From: Pseudomonadota bacterium
Lineage (GTDB): Bacteria > Pseudomonadota > Alphaproteobacteria > Micavibrionales > Micavibrionaceae
DNA: 40,118 nucleotides
Direction: 5' to 3'
Assembly (NCBI GenBank): GCA_016198545.1
Contig: JACQIJ010000180.1
Location: 1 to 40,118, forward strand
Below, piece after piece: positions 6,909-15,944 of the stretch. The position numbers were made by a program, and so were the translations under genes. A model generated the notes under the pieces. The model saw only the letters and a list, made by a program, of their open reading frames with translations. It made no database searches and was not told the origin of the DNA. The stretch's first letter is position 1, and each line of letters opens with the position of its first letter.

Positions 6909-7411
6909 GGCCCGGCCCCGTTGAAATAAAGTGCAAGCTGTTGTTCGGCCTGCCGCGCAAGATCGTCGAGCGCGGCGCGGCGGGCGTCGTCTTCGGATAC
7001 GCGCGTCGTGAACCGGCTTTGCAGGATGTTATAACTGGTGATGGCGGTCAGGCCGCGCTCCAGCACGGCCTCTCCCGTCGCGGAATTGCGCAGCTTCATC
7101 TCCGCGTTCAGCCGCAGCTGCGCCCGCGTAGCGGAAGAGCTTTTGGTGATGTCCAGATCGGTCAGCGTTTCCCTTACCGGCGAAACATGCAGTTCATAGC
7201 GCGGGGCAACCGGCCGGCCGGAGGAATACAGACGGTCGATGAGGGCGTTGCGCAGATACTGCCCCTCCCGGTTCGGGATGTTGCCGACGGATACGGAATC
7301 GAAATGCCGCGGGACGGCGGCGGCATCGCCGCGGCTGCCGTAAAGCGGCGAAAAGCCGCATCCGGCCAGCATCAGAGCCGCGCAGAAAAAAAGTGCCCGC
7401 ATGGAACCCAT
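6905..7411 (-). CDS. lptE: LPS-assembly lipoprotein LptE
   Basis: Signal peptide with lipobox MRALFFCAALMLAGCGFSPLYG. Its position between leuS and holA is diagnostic. The start is ATG 7411 or ATG 7402, and both lie inside a palindrome (see the terminator feature). Confidence 0.85.
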   Translation of the reverse strand: MGSMRALFFCAALMLAGCGFSPLYGSRGDAAAVPRHFDSVSVGNIPNREGQYLRNALIDRLYSSGRPVAPRYELHVSPVRETLTDLDITKSSSATRAQLRLNAEMKLRNSATGEAVLERGLTAITSYNILQSRFTTRVSEDDARRAALDDLARQAEQQLALYFNGAGP

Positions 7412-7422
7412 GCGGGCACTTT
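7386..7422 (-). terminator. Intrinsic-terminator-like hairpin downstream of the rhodanese gene, overlapping the lptE start
   Basis: Plus strand: AAAAAAA GTGCCCGCATGG aac CCATGCGGGCAC TTT. On the minus strand this is a perfect 12-bp GC-rich stem, a 3-nt loop and a T7 run, beginning 21 nt after the rhodanese stop (7441). Confidence 0.6.
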
Positions 7423-7440
7423 AGCAAGATACCGGAACGC

Positions 7441-7812
7441 CTAGCAACAGCTGCCGCACTCGGCCTTGCCTTCCTTGCCGCCGCTGCCTTCGGTCGCGTG
7501 GCCGGAATCCTTCCATTCCTTCAGGCCGCCGGGGAATTTGTGCACGCCGGTATAGCCCGCCGCCATCAGTTTTTTGGCGGCGTCCCCGGATGCCGTGCAC
7601 TGGGCGTTCGCGCAGTAAACGGCGATGTCCTGCGTCTTGCCTTTGACTGTCTTGGCTACCTTTTCAAGGAAATCCCTGGATTCAACCGGGATGTTGATCG
7701 CGCCCGGGATATGCTCCTTGTTAAAATACTCCGCCGGCAGAACGTCGATGACGACGGCATTGTCGTTGCAACAGAATTTCTCGTCCATTTGCTTCGCGTT
7801 GATGGTTTTCAT
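7441..7812 (-). CDS. Single-domain rhodanese-like sulfurtransferase with a Cys-rich C-terminal tail
   Basis: GAGGAGG lies 7 nt upstream of ATG 7812. ..VVIDVLPAEYFNKEHIPGAINIP.. and the active-site loop VYCANAQCTASGDAAKKL fit the rhodanese fold. The tail ends ..GKAECGSCC. Confidence 0.85.
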   Translation of the reverse strand: MKTINAKQMDEKFCCNDNAVVIDVLPAEYFNKEHIPGAINIPVESRDFLEKVAKTVKGKTQDIAVYCANAQCTASGDAAKKLMAAGYTGVHKFPGGLKEWKDSGHATEGSGGKEGKAECGSCC

Positions 7813-7905
7813 TGATTTCCTCCTCGTTTGATATGTCAACAGGCGGCGCTGAGGCCGCGAAGTTCACTTAAGGCGGGGGGAGAGAAAGACAAGACGGTTA
7901 TGGCA

Positions 7906-10479
7906 TCACCCTGCCACGACGTTGACGATGCGGCCCGGTACGACGATCACTTTTTTGACAGTCATGCCGCCGATCGCGTTTTTCACGCCGGGTTCGGAGA
8001 GAGCGACGGATTCAGCGGTTTTCACATCGGCATTGGCGGGCAGGGTGATCTGCGCCCGCAGCTTGCCGTTGACCTGCACGCCGATGGTGACAGTGTCCGC
8101 CTTCAGCAGCGCGGGATCGGCCTCCGGCCAGGGCGTGCCGGCCAGCATGGTTTTATGGCCCAGCATGTCCCACAGCTCCTCCGCCAGGTGCGGCATCATC
8201 GGGTTGGCGCATAAAACGAGGGCTTCAAGCGCTTCGCGCAGAGCCCATTTTGCCGCAGAATCGGGTGCAGCAAATTTTTCAATCGCGTTCGACAGTTCGC
8301 GCACTTTCGCCACGGCCTTGTTCATCAGAAAGGCCTCGATGTCGGCGGCGACGCCCGCGATGGTTTTGTGCGCCATGCGGCGCAGGTCCAGGGCGGCATC
8401 GGAAAATTGCTGCGGCGTAGTCGTTCCGGGCGCAGAAAGGGAAGCGAGGGAATCGCTTATGAGCCTGTGTACGCGGTTCACGTAGCGCCACGCGCCTTCG
8501 ATGCCGCCTTCCGTCCATTCCAGGTCGCGCTCCGGCGGGGAGTCGGACAGGATGAACAGCCGCGCCGCGTCCGCGCCGTAGGTGGAAAGGATGTCCTCCG
8601 GGTCGACGACGTTTTTCTTGGATTTGGACATTTTGACGATGCCGCCGACCTTGACCGGGTTGCCGTCCTTCACGGTCACGAATTTATCGCCGTCTTTTTT
8701 GACATCGCCGGGGAACAGCCAGTTTCCGCCGCTGTCCTGATAGGTTTCATGCGTGACCATGCCCTGCGTGAACAGGCCGGCGAACGGTTCCGCCACGTCG
8801 CAATAGCCGCAATCTTTCAGCGCGCGGGTGAAAAAGCGGGAATATAACAGGTGCAGCACGGCATGCTCGACGCCGCCGATATACTGGTCGACCGGCAGCC
8901 AGTACTTCGCCTTTTGCCTGTCGAACGCAGCCTTTTCATTGCGCGGGTCGCAATAACGCGCGAAATACCAGCTGGATTCAAAGAACGTGTCGAATGTGTC
9001 GGTTTCGCGCTGCGCGTCTTTTTGGCAGGACGGGCATTTCACGTTTTTCCATGTCGTGTGGTGCGCCAGCGGGTTGCCGGGCTTATCAAACGTGACGTCT
9101 TCAGGCAGCTGCACGGGTAAATCCTTTTCGGGAACGGGCACGACGCCGCAGGACGGGCAGTGGATCATCGGGATCGGGCAGCCCCAGTAACGCTGCCGCG
9201 AAATGCCCCAGTCGCGCAGGCGGTATTGCGTCACGCCCTCGCCGGTTTTCATTTTCTCGGCGCGCGCGATGATTTCCTTTTTTGCATCGCTATTGGACAG
9301 ACCATCTAAAAAGCTTGAATTTTTCATAATGCCATCTTCTAGAAGTGGCTGGTCGAATAATTGGGCCGAAGGTGGCGGCAGGCTTTCCTTACGAAAAACA
9401 ACGTACTTAATTTCCAATCCGTACTTCTTCGCAAAATCGAAGTCGCGCTGGTCGTGCGCGGGAACGCCGTAAATCGCGCCGGTGCCGTAATCCATCAGGA
9501 TGAAGTTGGCAACGTACAACGGCAGATGAACATCTTTCAGGAACGGATGCTGGATTTTAAAGCCGGTATCGAAGCCGATCTTTTCGGCCTGCTCGATAGC
9601 GGCTTCCGACGTGCCGCCCGCGGAGCATTGTTTCAGGAATTCATCAAAGCCGGGCTTGCTCTTGCAAAGTTTCTGCGCCAGCGGATGATCAGGCGCCATC
9701 GCGGCAAACGACGCGCCGAAAATCGTGTCGGGCCGCGTGGTGAAGATTTCGAGATGTTCGCCCGCGCCGATAATGTCCAGCCGCAGCCGCAACCCCTGCG
9801 ACCTGCCGATCCAGTTTTCCTGCATGATCCGGACTTTTTCCGGCCAGCGGTCGAGGGTTTTCAACCCCTCCAGCAAATCGTCGGCGTAATCGGTGATCTT
9901 TAAAAACCACTGCGACAGTTTCCGCCGCTCAACGGGCGCGCCGGTGCGCCAGCCCTTGCCGTCCACGACCTGTTCGTTGGCCAGAACCGTGTTGTCGATG
10001 GGGTCCCAGTTGACCATCGATTCTTTGCGATAGGCCAAGCCCTTCCGGTAGAAATCGAGGAACATTTTTTGTTCGTGCCGGTAATATTCCGGGTGGCAGG
10101 TCGCCACTTCGCGGCTCCAGTCGATCGACAACCCCATCGACTTGAGCTGCCCGCGCATCTGTTCGATGTTGGTGTAGGTCCATTTCGCGGGATGGGTTTT
10201 TCTTTCAAGGGCGGCATTTTCCGCCGGCAATCCAAAAGCATCCCATCCCATCGGGTGGATGACGTTAAATCCTTTCGCCCGGCGGTAACGCGCCACGACA
10301 TCGCCCAGCGTGTAATTGCGCACATGCCCGACATGGATGCGCCCCGAAGGGTAGGGGAACATCTCCAGCACGTAGTATTTCTTTTTGGCGGGGTCTTCGG
10401 AAACAGCGAAGCAGGCGCGCTCATCCCATATTCTGCGCCACTTTTCTTCAGTTTCCTTAATATTATATCGTTCGCTCAT
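7906..10479 (-). CDS. leuS: Leucine--tRNA ligase
   Basis: 857 aa. HIGH-type motif ([15 protein letters not shown]) and KMSKS (VKMSKSKKN). Overall class Ia LeuRS sequence throughout. Confidence 0.97.
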   Translation of the reverse strand: MSERYNIKETEEKWRRIWDERACFAVSEDPAKKKYYVLEMFPYPSGRIHVGHVRNYTLGDVVARYRRAKGFNVIHPMGWDAFGLPAENAALERKTHPAKWTYTNIEQMRGQLKSMGLSIDWSREVATCHPEYYRHEQKMFLDFYRKGLAYRKESMVNWDPIDNTVLANEQVVDGKGWRTGAPVERRKLSQWFLKITDYADDLLEGLKTLDRWPEKVRIMQENWIGRSQGLRLRLDIIGAGEHLEIFTTRPDTIFGASFAAMAPDHPLAQKLCKSKPGFDEFLKQCSAGGTSEAAIEQAEKIGFDTGFKIQHPFLKDVHLPLYVANFILMDYGTGAIYGVPAHDQRDFDFAKKYGLEIKYVVFRKESLPPPSAQLFDQPLLEDGIMKNSSFLDGLSNSDAKKEIIARAEKMKTGEGVTQYRLRDWGISRQRYWGCPIPMIHCPSCGVVPVPEKDLPVQLPEDVTFDKPGNPLAHHTTWKNVKCPSCQKDAQRETDTFDTFFESSWYFARYCDPRNEKAAFDRQKAKYWLPVDQYIGGVEHAVLHLLYSRFFTRALKDCGYCDVAEPFAGLFTQGMVTHETYQDSGGNWLFPGDVKKDGDKFVTVKDGNPVKVGGIVKMSKSKKNVVDPEDILSTYGADAARLFILSDSPPERDLEWTEGGIEGAWRYVNRVHRLISDSLASLSAPGTTTPQQFSDAALDLRRMAHKTIAGVAADIEAFLMNKAVAKVRELSNAIEKFAAPDSAAKWALREALEALVLCANPMMPHLAEELWDMLGHKTMLAGTPWPEADPALLKADTVTIGVQVNGKLRAQITLPANADVKTAESVALSEPGVKNAIGGMTVKKVIVVPGRIVNVVAG

Positions 10480-10603
10480 GGCATTGTTTTAACGCCATAA
10501 TGCGGAAAAATCATCAGGAATTTTACCACTGGATAATGCTTGCGCAGAAAAACTTGCCATGACATAATCCAGAAACTGAAATTCCAGAAGGGAGACAAAC
10601 ATC

Positions 10604-11560
10604 ATGGCGAATGCCGGAAAAGTCATCATCACATGCGCGCCCACAGGCGCGATTCATACGCCGTCCATGTCGCGCTATCTGCCGGTTACGCCGGATGAAA
10701 TCGCGGACGCGGCGATTGCGGCCGCGGAGGAGGGGGCGGCGATACTCCATCTGCACGCCCGCGACCCGCAGGATGGCCGCCCGACTCAGGATCCGGAAGT
10801 CTTCATGAAATTCCTGCCGCGCATTCACAAAACGACGAACGCCGTCATCAATATCACGACCGGCGGCGCGCCGCAGATGAGCGTGGCTGAACGCATGCGC
10901 CCGGCGGCCACATTCAGGCCGGAAGTGGCGTCCCTGAATATGGGCACAATCAATTTCGGCCTGTTCCCGATGCTCGACCGTTACGAGAACGATATAAAGC
11001 ACGACTGGGAACGCGTTCATTTGAGCAACAAGGCCATCATCTTCCGCAATACGTTCGAGGACATCGAAGCCCTGATGAAAATGGGCGCGGAGAACGGCAC
11101 GAAGTTTGAATTCGAATGCTACGATATCGGTCATTTGTACAATCTGAAATATTTCGTTGACAAGGGGCTTGTGAAGCCGCCGTTTTTCATCCAGTCGGTG
11201 TTCGGCATTTTCGGCGGCATCGGCACGCATCCGGAAGATATGACGCATATGCGCCGCACGGCGGACCGCCTGTTCGGCGACGATTACCAGTGGTCTATCC
11301 TGGGCGCGGGCAGCCAGCAGATAAAACTGACAACGCTCGGCGCGGCGATGGGGTCGCATGTGCGCGTCGGGCTCGAGGATTCGCTTTGGATTGGCCCCGG
11401 AAAGCTTGCGGAATCGAATGCGCAGCAGGTGCGTAAAATCAGGAAAATCATCGAGGAATTGTCGCTGGAAATCGCAACGCCCGATGAGGCGCGCGAAATC
11501 CTGCAACTCAAGGGCCGCGATAAAATCAGCCTTTCCGCGTCAGCAAAAAAAGCAGCGTGA
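10604..11560 (+). CDS. Beta-keto acid cleavage enzyme (BKACE; 3-keto-5-aminohexanoate cleavage enzyme family)
   Basis: KVIITCAPTGAIHTPSMSRYLPVTPDEIADAAIAAAEEGAAILHLHARDPQDGRPTQDPEVF.. and ..INITTGG.. match the BKACE N-terminal signature. GGGAGA RBS. Confidence 0.85.
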   Translation: MANAGKVIITCAPTGAIHTPSMSRYLPVTPDEIADAAIAAAEEGAAILHLHARDPQDGRPTQDPEVFMKFLPRIHKTTNAVINITTGGAPQMSVAERMRPAATFRPEVASLNMGTINFGLFPMLDRYENDIKHDWERVHLSNKAIIFRNTFEDIEALMKMGAENGTKFEFECYDIGHLYNLKYFVDKGLVKPPFFIQSVFGIFGGIGTHPEDMTHMRRTADRLFGDDYQWSILGAGSQQIKLTTLGAAMGSHVRVGLEDSLWIGPGKLAESNAQQVRKIRKIIEELSLEIATPDEAREILQLKGRDKISLSASAKKAA

Positions 11561-12345
11561 AAATGAATCAGGCTTTTGGAATGCAACCCGGCATGAAGGT
11601 TCTTGTGACGGCGGGCGCGGCGGGCATCGGCCGCGCCATCGCGGAGGCGTTCGACTCCGCAGGCGCAAAAATCCATGTCTGCGACATCGCGCCGGAAGTT
11701 CTGGACAAGTGCAAAAAGGAAAGGCCGTCATGGGGCGTGACGCGCTGTGACGTGTCGGATGAAAAGCAGGTCGCGGCGCTGTTTTCCGAGGCGAAGAAAA
11801 CCCTCGGCGGCCTCGATGTTCTCGTCAATAACGCCGGAATTGCCGGCCCCACGGCGGCGGTGGAAGATATCAGGCCGACCGACTGGGACGCCACTGTGCG
11901 CGTCAACCTGAACGGGCAGTTTTACTGCGCGCATCACGCCGTGCCGCTTCTGAAAGAGTCGGAAAACGCTTCCATCATATGCATATCGTCGATTGCGGGC
12001 AGGCTCGCCTATGCGAACAGGACACCCTACGCGGCGACGAAATGGGCGATACGCGGCTTCGCGGAAAGCCTTGCATGGGAACTGGGCCCGCACGGGATAC
12101 GAGTCAATGCGATACTTCCCGGCATCGTCGAGGGGCCGCGCATTGAAAACGTCATCCGCGCCCGCGCCGAAAAGGAGGGCGTTCCCTATAGTGAGATGGA
12201 ACGAAAATACAAGGACATGGCGTCATTGCGCCGCATGGTTAGTGCGCAGGATGTGGCGAACCAGATTCTGTTTCTATGCTCGCCCGCGGGGCGCAATATT
12301 TCCGGCCAGTCTATCAGCGTGGACGGTCACGTCCGCGCCTTGTAA
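11557..12345 (+). CDS. Short-chain dehydrogenase/reductase (classical SDR)
   Basis: TAGAAGIGRAIA (TGxxxGxG), NNAGI and YAATKWAI (YxxxK). 4-nt overlap with the BKACE stop. The start is GTG 11557 or ATG 11563. Confidence 0.85.
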   Translation: MKMNQAFGMQPGMKVLVTAGAAGIGRAIAEAFDSAGAKIHVCDIAPEVLDKCKKERPSWGVTRCDVSDEKQVAALFSEAKKTLGGLDVLVNNAGIAGPTAAVEDIRPTDWDATVRVNLNGQFYCAHHAVPLLKESENASIICISSIAGRLAYANRTPYAATKWAIRGFAESLAWELGPHGIRVNAILPGIVEGPRIENVIRARAEKEGVPYSEMERKYKDMASLRRMVSAQDVANQILFLCSPAGRNISGQSISVDGHVRAL

Positions 12346-12348
12346 TTT

Positions 12349-13188
12349 TTATTGCGAAGGAAAGGGACCTGGAGCGGAAAAGCAGCCGCGTCCCGGCTGC
12401 AGCCCGATGACGTCCTTGATAAGGGCGCGATATGCCGCCGGGCTTTCCAGCATGAAATCGGCTACGGACGTAACGCGGGGGTCGTTTCCCACGGCGATGA
12501 ATTTCCCGCCGTTTTCCTGCGCGGTGCGCGCCGCCGGAAGGTCGCCGGGGCTGTCGCCGAAATAAACAGGGGTAAGCTTTTTGCCTGTTTTTGCTTCGGC
12601 ATGCCGCAGGATGTCAATGAATGCGTGGCTTTTGTCGGAATTTGACGGGCCCATGTCGAAGACCTTGCCGCCGTCCACCATGCCGACGGCCTGCCCTGTT
12701 TGCGCATTATGCCGGTCAAGAAGCGCTTTTAATTTTGGCTCGATCGCAGCTTTTACGGCTTCTCTTTTTTCTTCCGGCACGGCAATATAGTGAAGCGAGC
12801 GCATGAAAGGCTTTTTGCGCAGCAAGAGTCCCTCATGCCGCACCGCCAGCGATTCCATTTCTTCATCTATTAAACTCCATTCGGGCACAGGGTTCAGGAT
12901 TTCAGGCGGTTCATCCGGTTCCCTGCGGAACAGGCAGTGATATTCGCAGGAGGCGCGGATGCGCCTCGCCGGGAAAACCTTGTCCAGCCAGGGCAGATCG
13001 CGGCCTGTAATGACGTAAAATCCGCCGCCGGCGCGCGCGTCAAGCTTTTCGCAAAGACTCTCCAGTCCGGGGATTTGCGTGACATTGTTGGGATTGGAGG
13101 ATTTTTCCAGCAACGTTTCGTCCACATCCGTGATCCAGATGATGTTCGCAAGTCCCGTCCGCCTGATCCAGTCCGAAAAGTCCGGCAT
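12349..13188 (-). CDS. HAD-IIB family phosphatase (trehalose-phosphatase-like)
   Basis: Motif I ITDVDETL (DxDxT), motif II VITGR, motif III/IV K...GDSPGDLPA, with a large cap between motifs. The substrate cannot be inferred. Confidence 0.65.
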   Translation of the reverse strand: MPDFSDWIRRTGLANIIWITDVDETLLEKSSNPNNVTQIPGLESLCEKLDARAGGGFYVITGRDLPWLDKVFPARRIRASCEYHCLFRREPDEPPEILNPVPEWSLIDEEMESLAVRHEGLLLRKKPFMRSLHYIAVPEEKREAVKAAIEPKLKALLDRHNAQTGQAVGMVDGGKVFDMGPSNSDKSHAFIDILRHAEAKTGKKLTPVYFGDSPGDLPAARTAQENGGKFIAVGNDPRVTSVADFMLESPAAYRALIKDVIGLQPGRGCFSAPGPFPSQ

Positions 13189-13196
13189 GCCTTCGC

Positions 13197-14150
13197 CTAT
13201 ACCTTATGCTGCGGGTGGTAGGTGGGCGAGCGCGGCGTCGTCAGCAGCGCGGACATGGGAACGGAAGGGTAGCCTCTGCCGCCCAGCGCGCTTTTCAGAA
13301 ACTCCGAAACGACCCCTATGGTGTGTTCAGACGTTCCGGGATCGGAATATACGCTCTTGATGCGATTCCAGCCGTGGTTGCTGTTGGCGTAGTAAAGGGC
13401 GATAATCTGACTGTTTCCGTTCTGGTTTTTCTCCACTATCGGTTTTTTCCGGCCGGATACGTAAGTAACGGTATGTCTGGCCGATGCGACAATCATGTCT
13501 TCCTTTTCATTGTCATTGATGTAGGGATCCTCTCCGCCGACGATGAACAGCAACGGTGCGTCGATATTCATGGCGGCATCCCTGTTGAATACCTTGTGCA
13601 GTTCAGGCGTCGCATACATGGCGACGCCGGCATCGACATCCGCATCGTTTGCCAGCGCAATATATGTATTGCGCCCGCCGAAGCAGAAGCCGGACGCGGC
13701 GACCTTGCCCGTGCCGTTCGGGTGCCCGCGCAGGAAGGCGGAAACCTTGTTTATATAGGAAATGATTTTTGCGTTGCTGGCGGCAACCTCTTCCGCGCTC
13801 TGCGTGTTCGTGAACCGGAACATCAGGTCGCGCGCCGTGTTGCGGTCATTCGCCAGCTGTTCCTTGAAGGATTTTCTTTCATCTTCCGGCATGGCGGCCA
13901 GGATTTCCGGCGTCGGGTCGTACTTGAAGCTCGCATCCTCATCATGTTCCCAATACATGTTCGGGCAAGCGACGAGAAAGCCTTGCCCGGCCAGTTTATC
14001 GGCAATGTGGGTCAGGCCTTCGGTGACCCCATACACTTCGTGCATCAGGATGACGCCATGCCCCTTGCCGTCTTTTGATTGCGGCGCGGCTACATAGGCC
14101 TTCAGTTTCTTCCCGTTTTCTTCCGTTACGACCGTATTGAAAATTGACAT
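13197..14150 (-). CDS. Dienelactone hydrolase family protein (Cys nucleophile)
   Basis: GAGGAAG RBS and ATG 14150 (the track ORF extends to 14237, but that N-terminus is implausible). GHGVILMHEVYGV, nucleophile elbow GFCFGG, and the late His in NSNHGW are the DLH pattern. Confidence 0.8.
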   Translation of the reverse strand: MSIFNTVVTEENGKKLKAYVAAPQSKDGKGHGVILMHEVYGVTEGLTHIADKLAGQGFLVACPNMYWEHDEDASFKYDPTPEILAAMPEDERKSFKEQLANDRNTARDLMFRFTNTQSAEEVAASNAKIISYINKVSAFLRGHPNGTGKVAASGFCFGGRNTYIALANDADVDAGVAMYATPELHKVFNRDAAMNIDAPLLFIVGGEDPYINDNEKEDMIVASARHTVTYVSGRKKPIVEKNQNGNSQIIALYYANSNHGWNRIKSVYSDPGTSEHTIGVVSEFLKSALGGRGYPSVPMSALLTTPRSPTYHPQHKV

Positions 14151-14181
14151 TATCTTCCTCCTTCGTTTTTTGCCGATTGAT

Positions 14182-15246
14182 TTATTGGGGCTCTGCCGGA
14201 CGAAATTCCCGCACATGGACGGGCGTTTCAAAAACATCGTTTATTCGCCGGTCGATAACCATGTCCGGCGTTCTTTCAAGGCCCAGAATCTCCCGGATCG
14301 CCGCGGTGCTGTAATGTTGCAGAAGCCGGCCTTCATCGCCGCCGCCCTGCCCGATTTTGCGGATGCGCAGATCGTATAAAAACCCGTTATCAGACGGATC
14401 GCGTGGCATGAAATCGTAGACCGTGCCGTCGGGCAGCGTCGCTTTCTGCCGCAGGCGCGCGCCGTCGTTTTCGTAGCCGAAAGCGATGACCATGCCGCCG
14501 AAAATCGGTTGCAGGCCGGGCGTTGCGAGACGCAGCGGCAGTTCCGTGATATCGATGCCGTGCGGGTGCGCGTATAAAGGTTCGCCCGGTTTCAGGTCGG
14601 TGCGCAGGAAATTCTGCACCGGCGGCGGGACATAGCCGGTGATGAGGATGCTCGTTCCCTTCAATTCCGCCGCGATGTTGTTCGCGTAGGATTCCAGCAT
14701 GCCTTTCGTCACGGAATAGGCCGCCGTTTTCGGGTCGGCGCGCCCGACGATGGGCGAACTGGTGACGACAATCCGCGCGTTTTCGGCGAAGCGATCGCGC
14801 AGGGCGCGGTAAATGTCGGCATGCGAATGCGCGTTTATCTGCGCGAGCTTCGCGAATTCAATGGAAGGCGTGTTCGCGACCGTGTTGTTCTTTTTGATGT
14901 CCAGAAGCTTCACCACGCCTGCGTTCATGATATAAGCATCTATTTTTCCCGACGGCGACGAGGAAACGATCTGCTCGGCCAGAGATTCATAGGCGGTCGG
15001 ATCGCTTTGCGACAGATCGAACAGAATAGGAAAAATGCCGTCGCTCGCAAGCCTGGAAAGTTTTTCCTCCTGCACGTCCAGCGCGATCACGTGCGCGCCG
15101 AACAGGCGCAGCGTTTTCGCAATCGCCGCGCCGATGCCGTCTGCCGCGCCGGTGACCAGAACGGTTTGTTCCTGAAAATTTATTTCCCGCGCGAGTCCGG
15201 TCAATCCCATGATGCGGCTGCGTTCGACAAGATTCGTGACGGGCAT
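14182..15246 (-). CDS. SDR-family oxidoreductase with a ~130-150-aa C-terminal extension of unknown fold
   Basis: VLVTGAADGIGAAIA, MNAGV and YSVTKGML are present in the first ~240 aa. The remaining sequence (..LPLRLATPGLQPIFGGMVIAFGYENDG...FLYDLRIRKIGQGGGDEG..) has no motif I recognise. Confidence 0.8.
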   Translation of the reverse strand: MPVTNLVERSRIMGLTGLAREINFQEQTVLVTGAADGIGAAIAKTLRLFGAHVIALDVQEEKLSRLASDGIFPILFDLSQSDPTAYESLAEQIVSSSPSGKIDAYIMNAGVVKLLDIKKNNTVANTPSIEFAKLAQINAHSHADIYRALRDRFAENARIVVTSSPIVGRADPKTAAYSVTKGMLESYANNIAAELKGTSILITGYVPPPVQNFLRTDLKPGEPLYAHPHGIDITELPLRLATPGLQPIFGGMVIAFGYENDGARLRQKATLPDGTVYDFMPRDPSDNGFLYDLRIRKIGQGGGDEGRLLQHYSTAAIREILGLERTPDMVIDRRINDVFETPVHVREFRPAEPQ

Positions 15247-15329
15247 GTGAAAGCCTCCCCCTAAAATGATTACAGAAAGATACTTAGCAGCCTGAAAGCT
15301 CCTATGTCAAAAAAAATATTATTATGTAA

Positions 15330-15872
15330 TTAATTGCTGAGGTCGCCCATTTGCGCCACGCGCATCTGGCGGGCGCGGGTGAGGATGGCGTTTTCGATAC
15401 CGCGGCCCGTTTCATCGGCCACGGGGGCGTCGCGCCATTCGCTGCCCTTGCGGATCTGCCTAAAGACTTTAACCTGCACCCCGTCGGAGCGCAGCTGTTT
15501 ATCCAGTATGAAAACGTTGAGCTTCACGCGTTCGCCCGGCGTTTCCGGTGCGGAATACCAGTCGGTCAGGATAACTCCGCCGAACGGGTCGGCACTGGCC
15601 AGCGGCATGAAGGAGACGGTGTCCAGCGAGGCGCGCCACAGATAGCTGTTGACGCCAATGCCGTTATCGGCGGGCTCGTCGCCGCTGCGGCCCAGGATTT
15701 TCAGCCCGTCCTTGCCGAAAATGCTATCGGGCTGGGAATAGATGTCATTGGCGTCGGCGACAGTGCTGCGGTCCATGCCCGTCGGGTACTTGGCCTCTTT
15801 TTCCACGCCGCCGCAGGCCGAAAGGCCCAAAAGGAACAAGATTCCCGAAAAGACTGCAAACCCGTTACGCAT
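15330..15872 (-). CDS. DUF3576-family lipoprotein
   Basis: Lipobox LLGLSACGG. The block NSYLWRASLDTVSFMPLASADPFGGVILTDWY is the conserved alphaproteobacterial DUF3576 core. Confidence 0.85.
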   Translation of the reverse strand: MRNGFAVFSGILFLLGLSACGGVEKEAKYPTGMDRSTVADANDIYSQPDSIFGKDGLKILGRSGDEPADNGIGVNSYLWRASLDTVSFMPLASADPFGGVILTDWYSAPETPGERVKLNVFILDKQLRSDGVQVKVFRQIRKGSEWRDAPVADETGRGIENAILTRARQMRVAQMGDLSN

Positions 15873-15944
15873 ATTGCTTTTAACCCGCTTTGACGAAGAA
15901 GATAGATTTCCTTAGCATGTCGCCCCGCCCCGCGGCAAGGCTCG

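Noticed and set aside
7834-7839. Perfect TTGACA (minus strand) upstream of the rhodanese gene
   Set aside because: It lies only ~21 nt from the ATG, so a -10 element at standard spacing would overlap the start codon. It is not a credible promoter unless the mRNA is leaderless.
10523-11506. 327-aa ORF on the minus strand opposite the BKACE gene
   Set aside because: The composition is Arg/Ala/His-rich and the frame mirrors the plus-strand gene, as expected for antisense frames of GC-rich coding DNA. The plus-strand product has clear family motifs and the antisense one has none.
13206-14078. 290-aa plus-strand ORF antisense to the dienelactone hydrolase gene
   Set aside because: No recognisable domain, whereas the minus-strand product carries the DLH nucleophile elbow and fits an operon with good RBS spacing.
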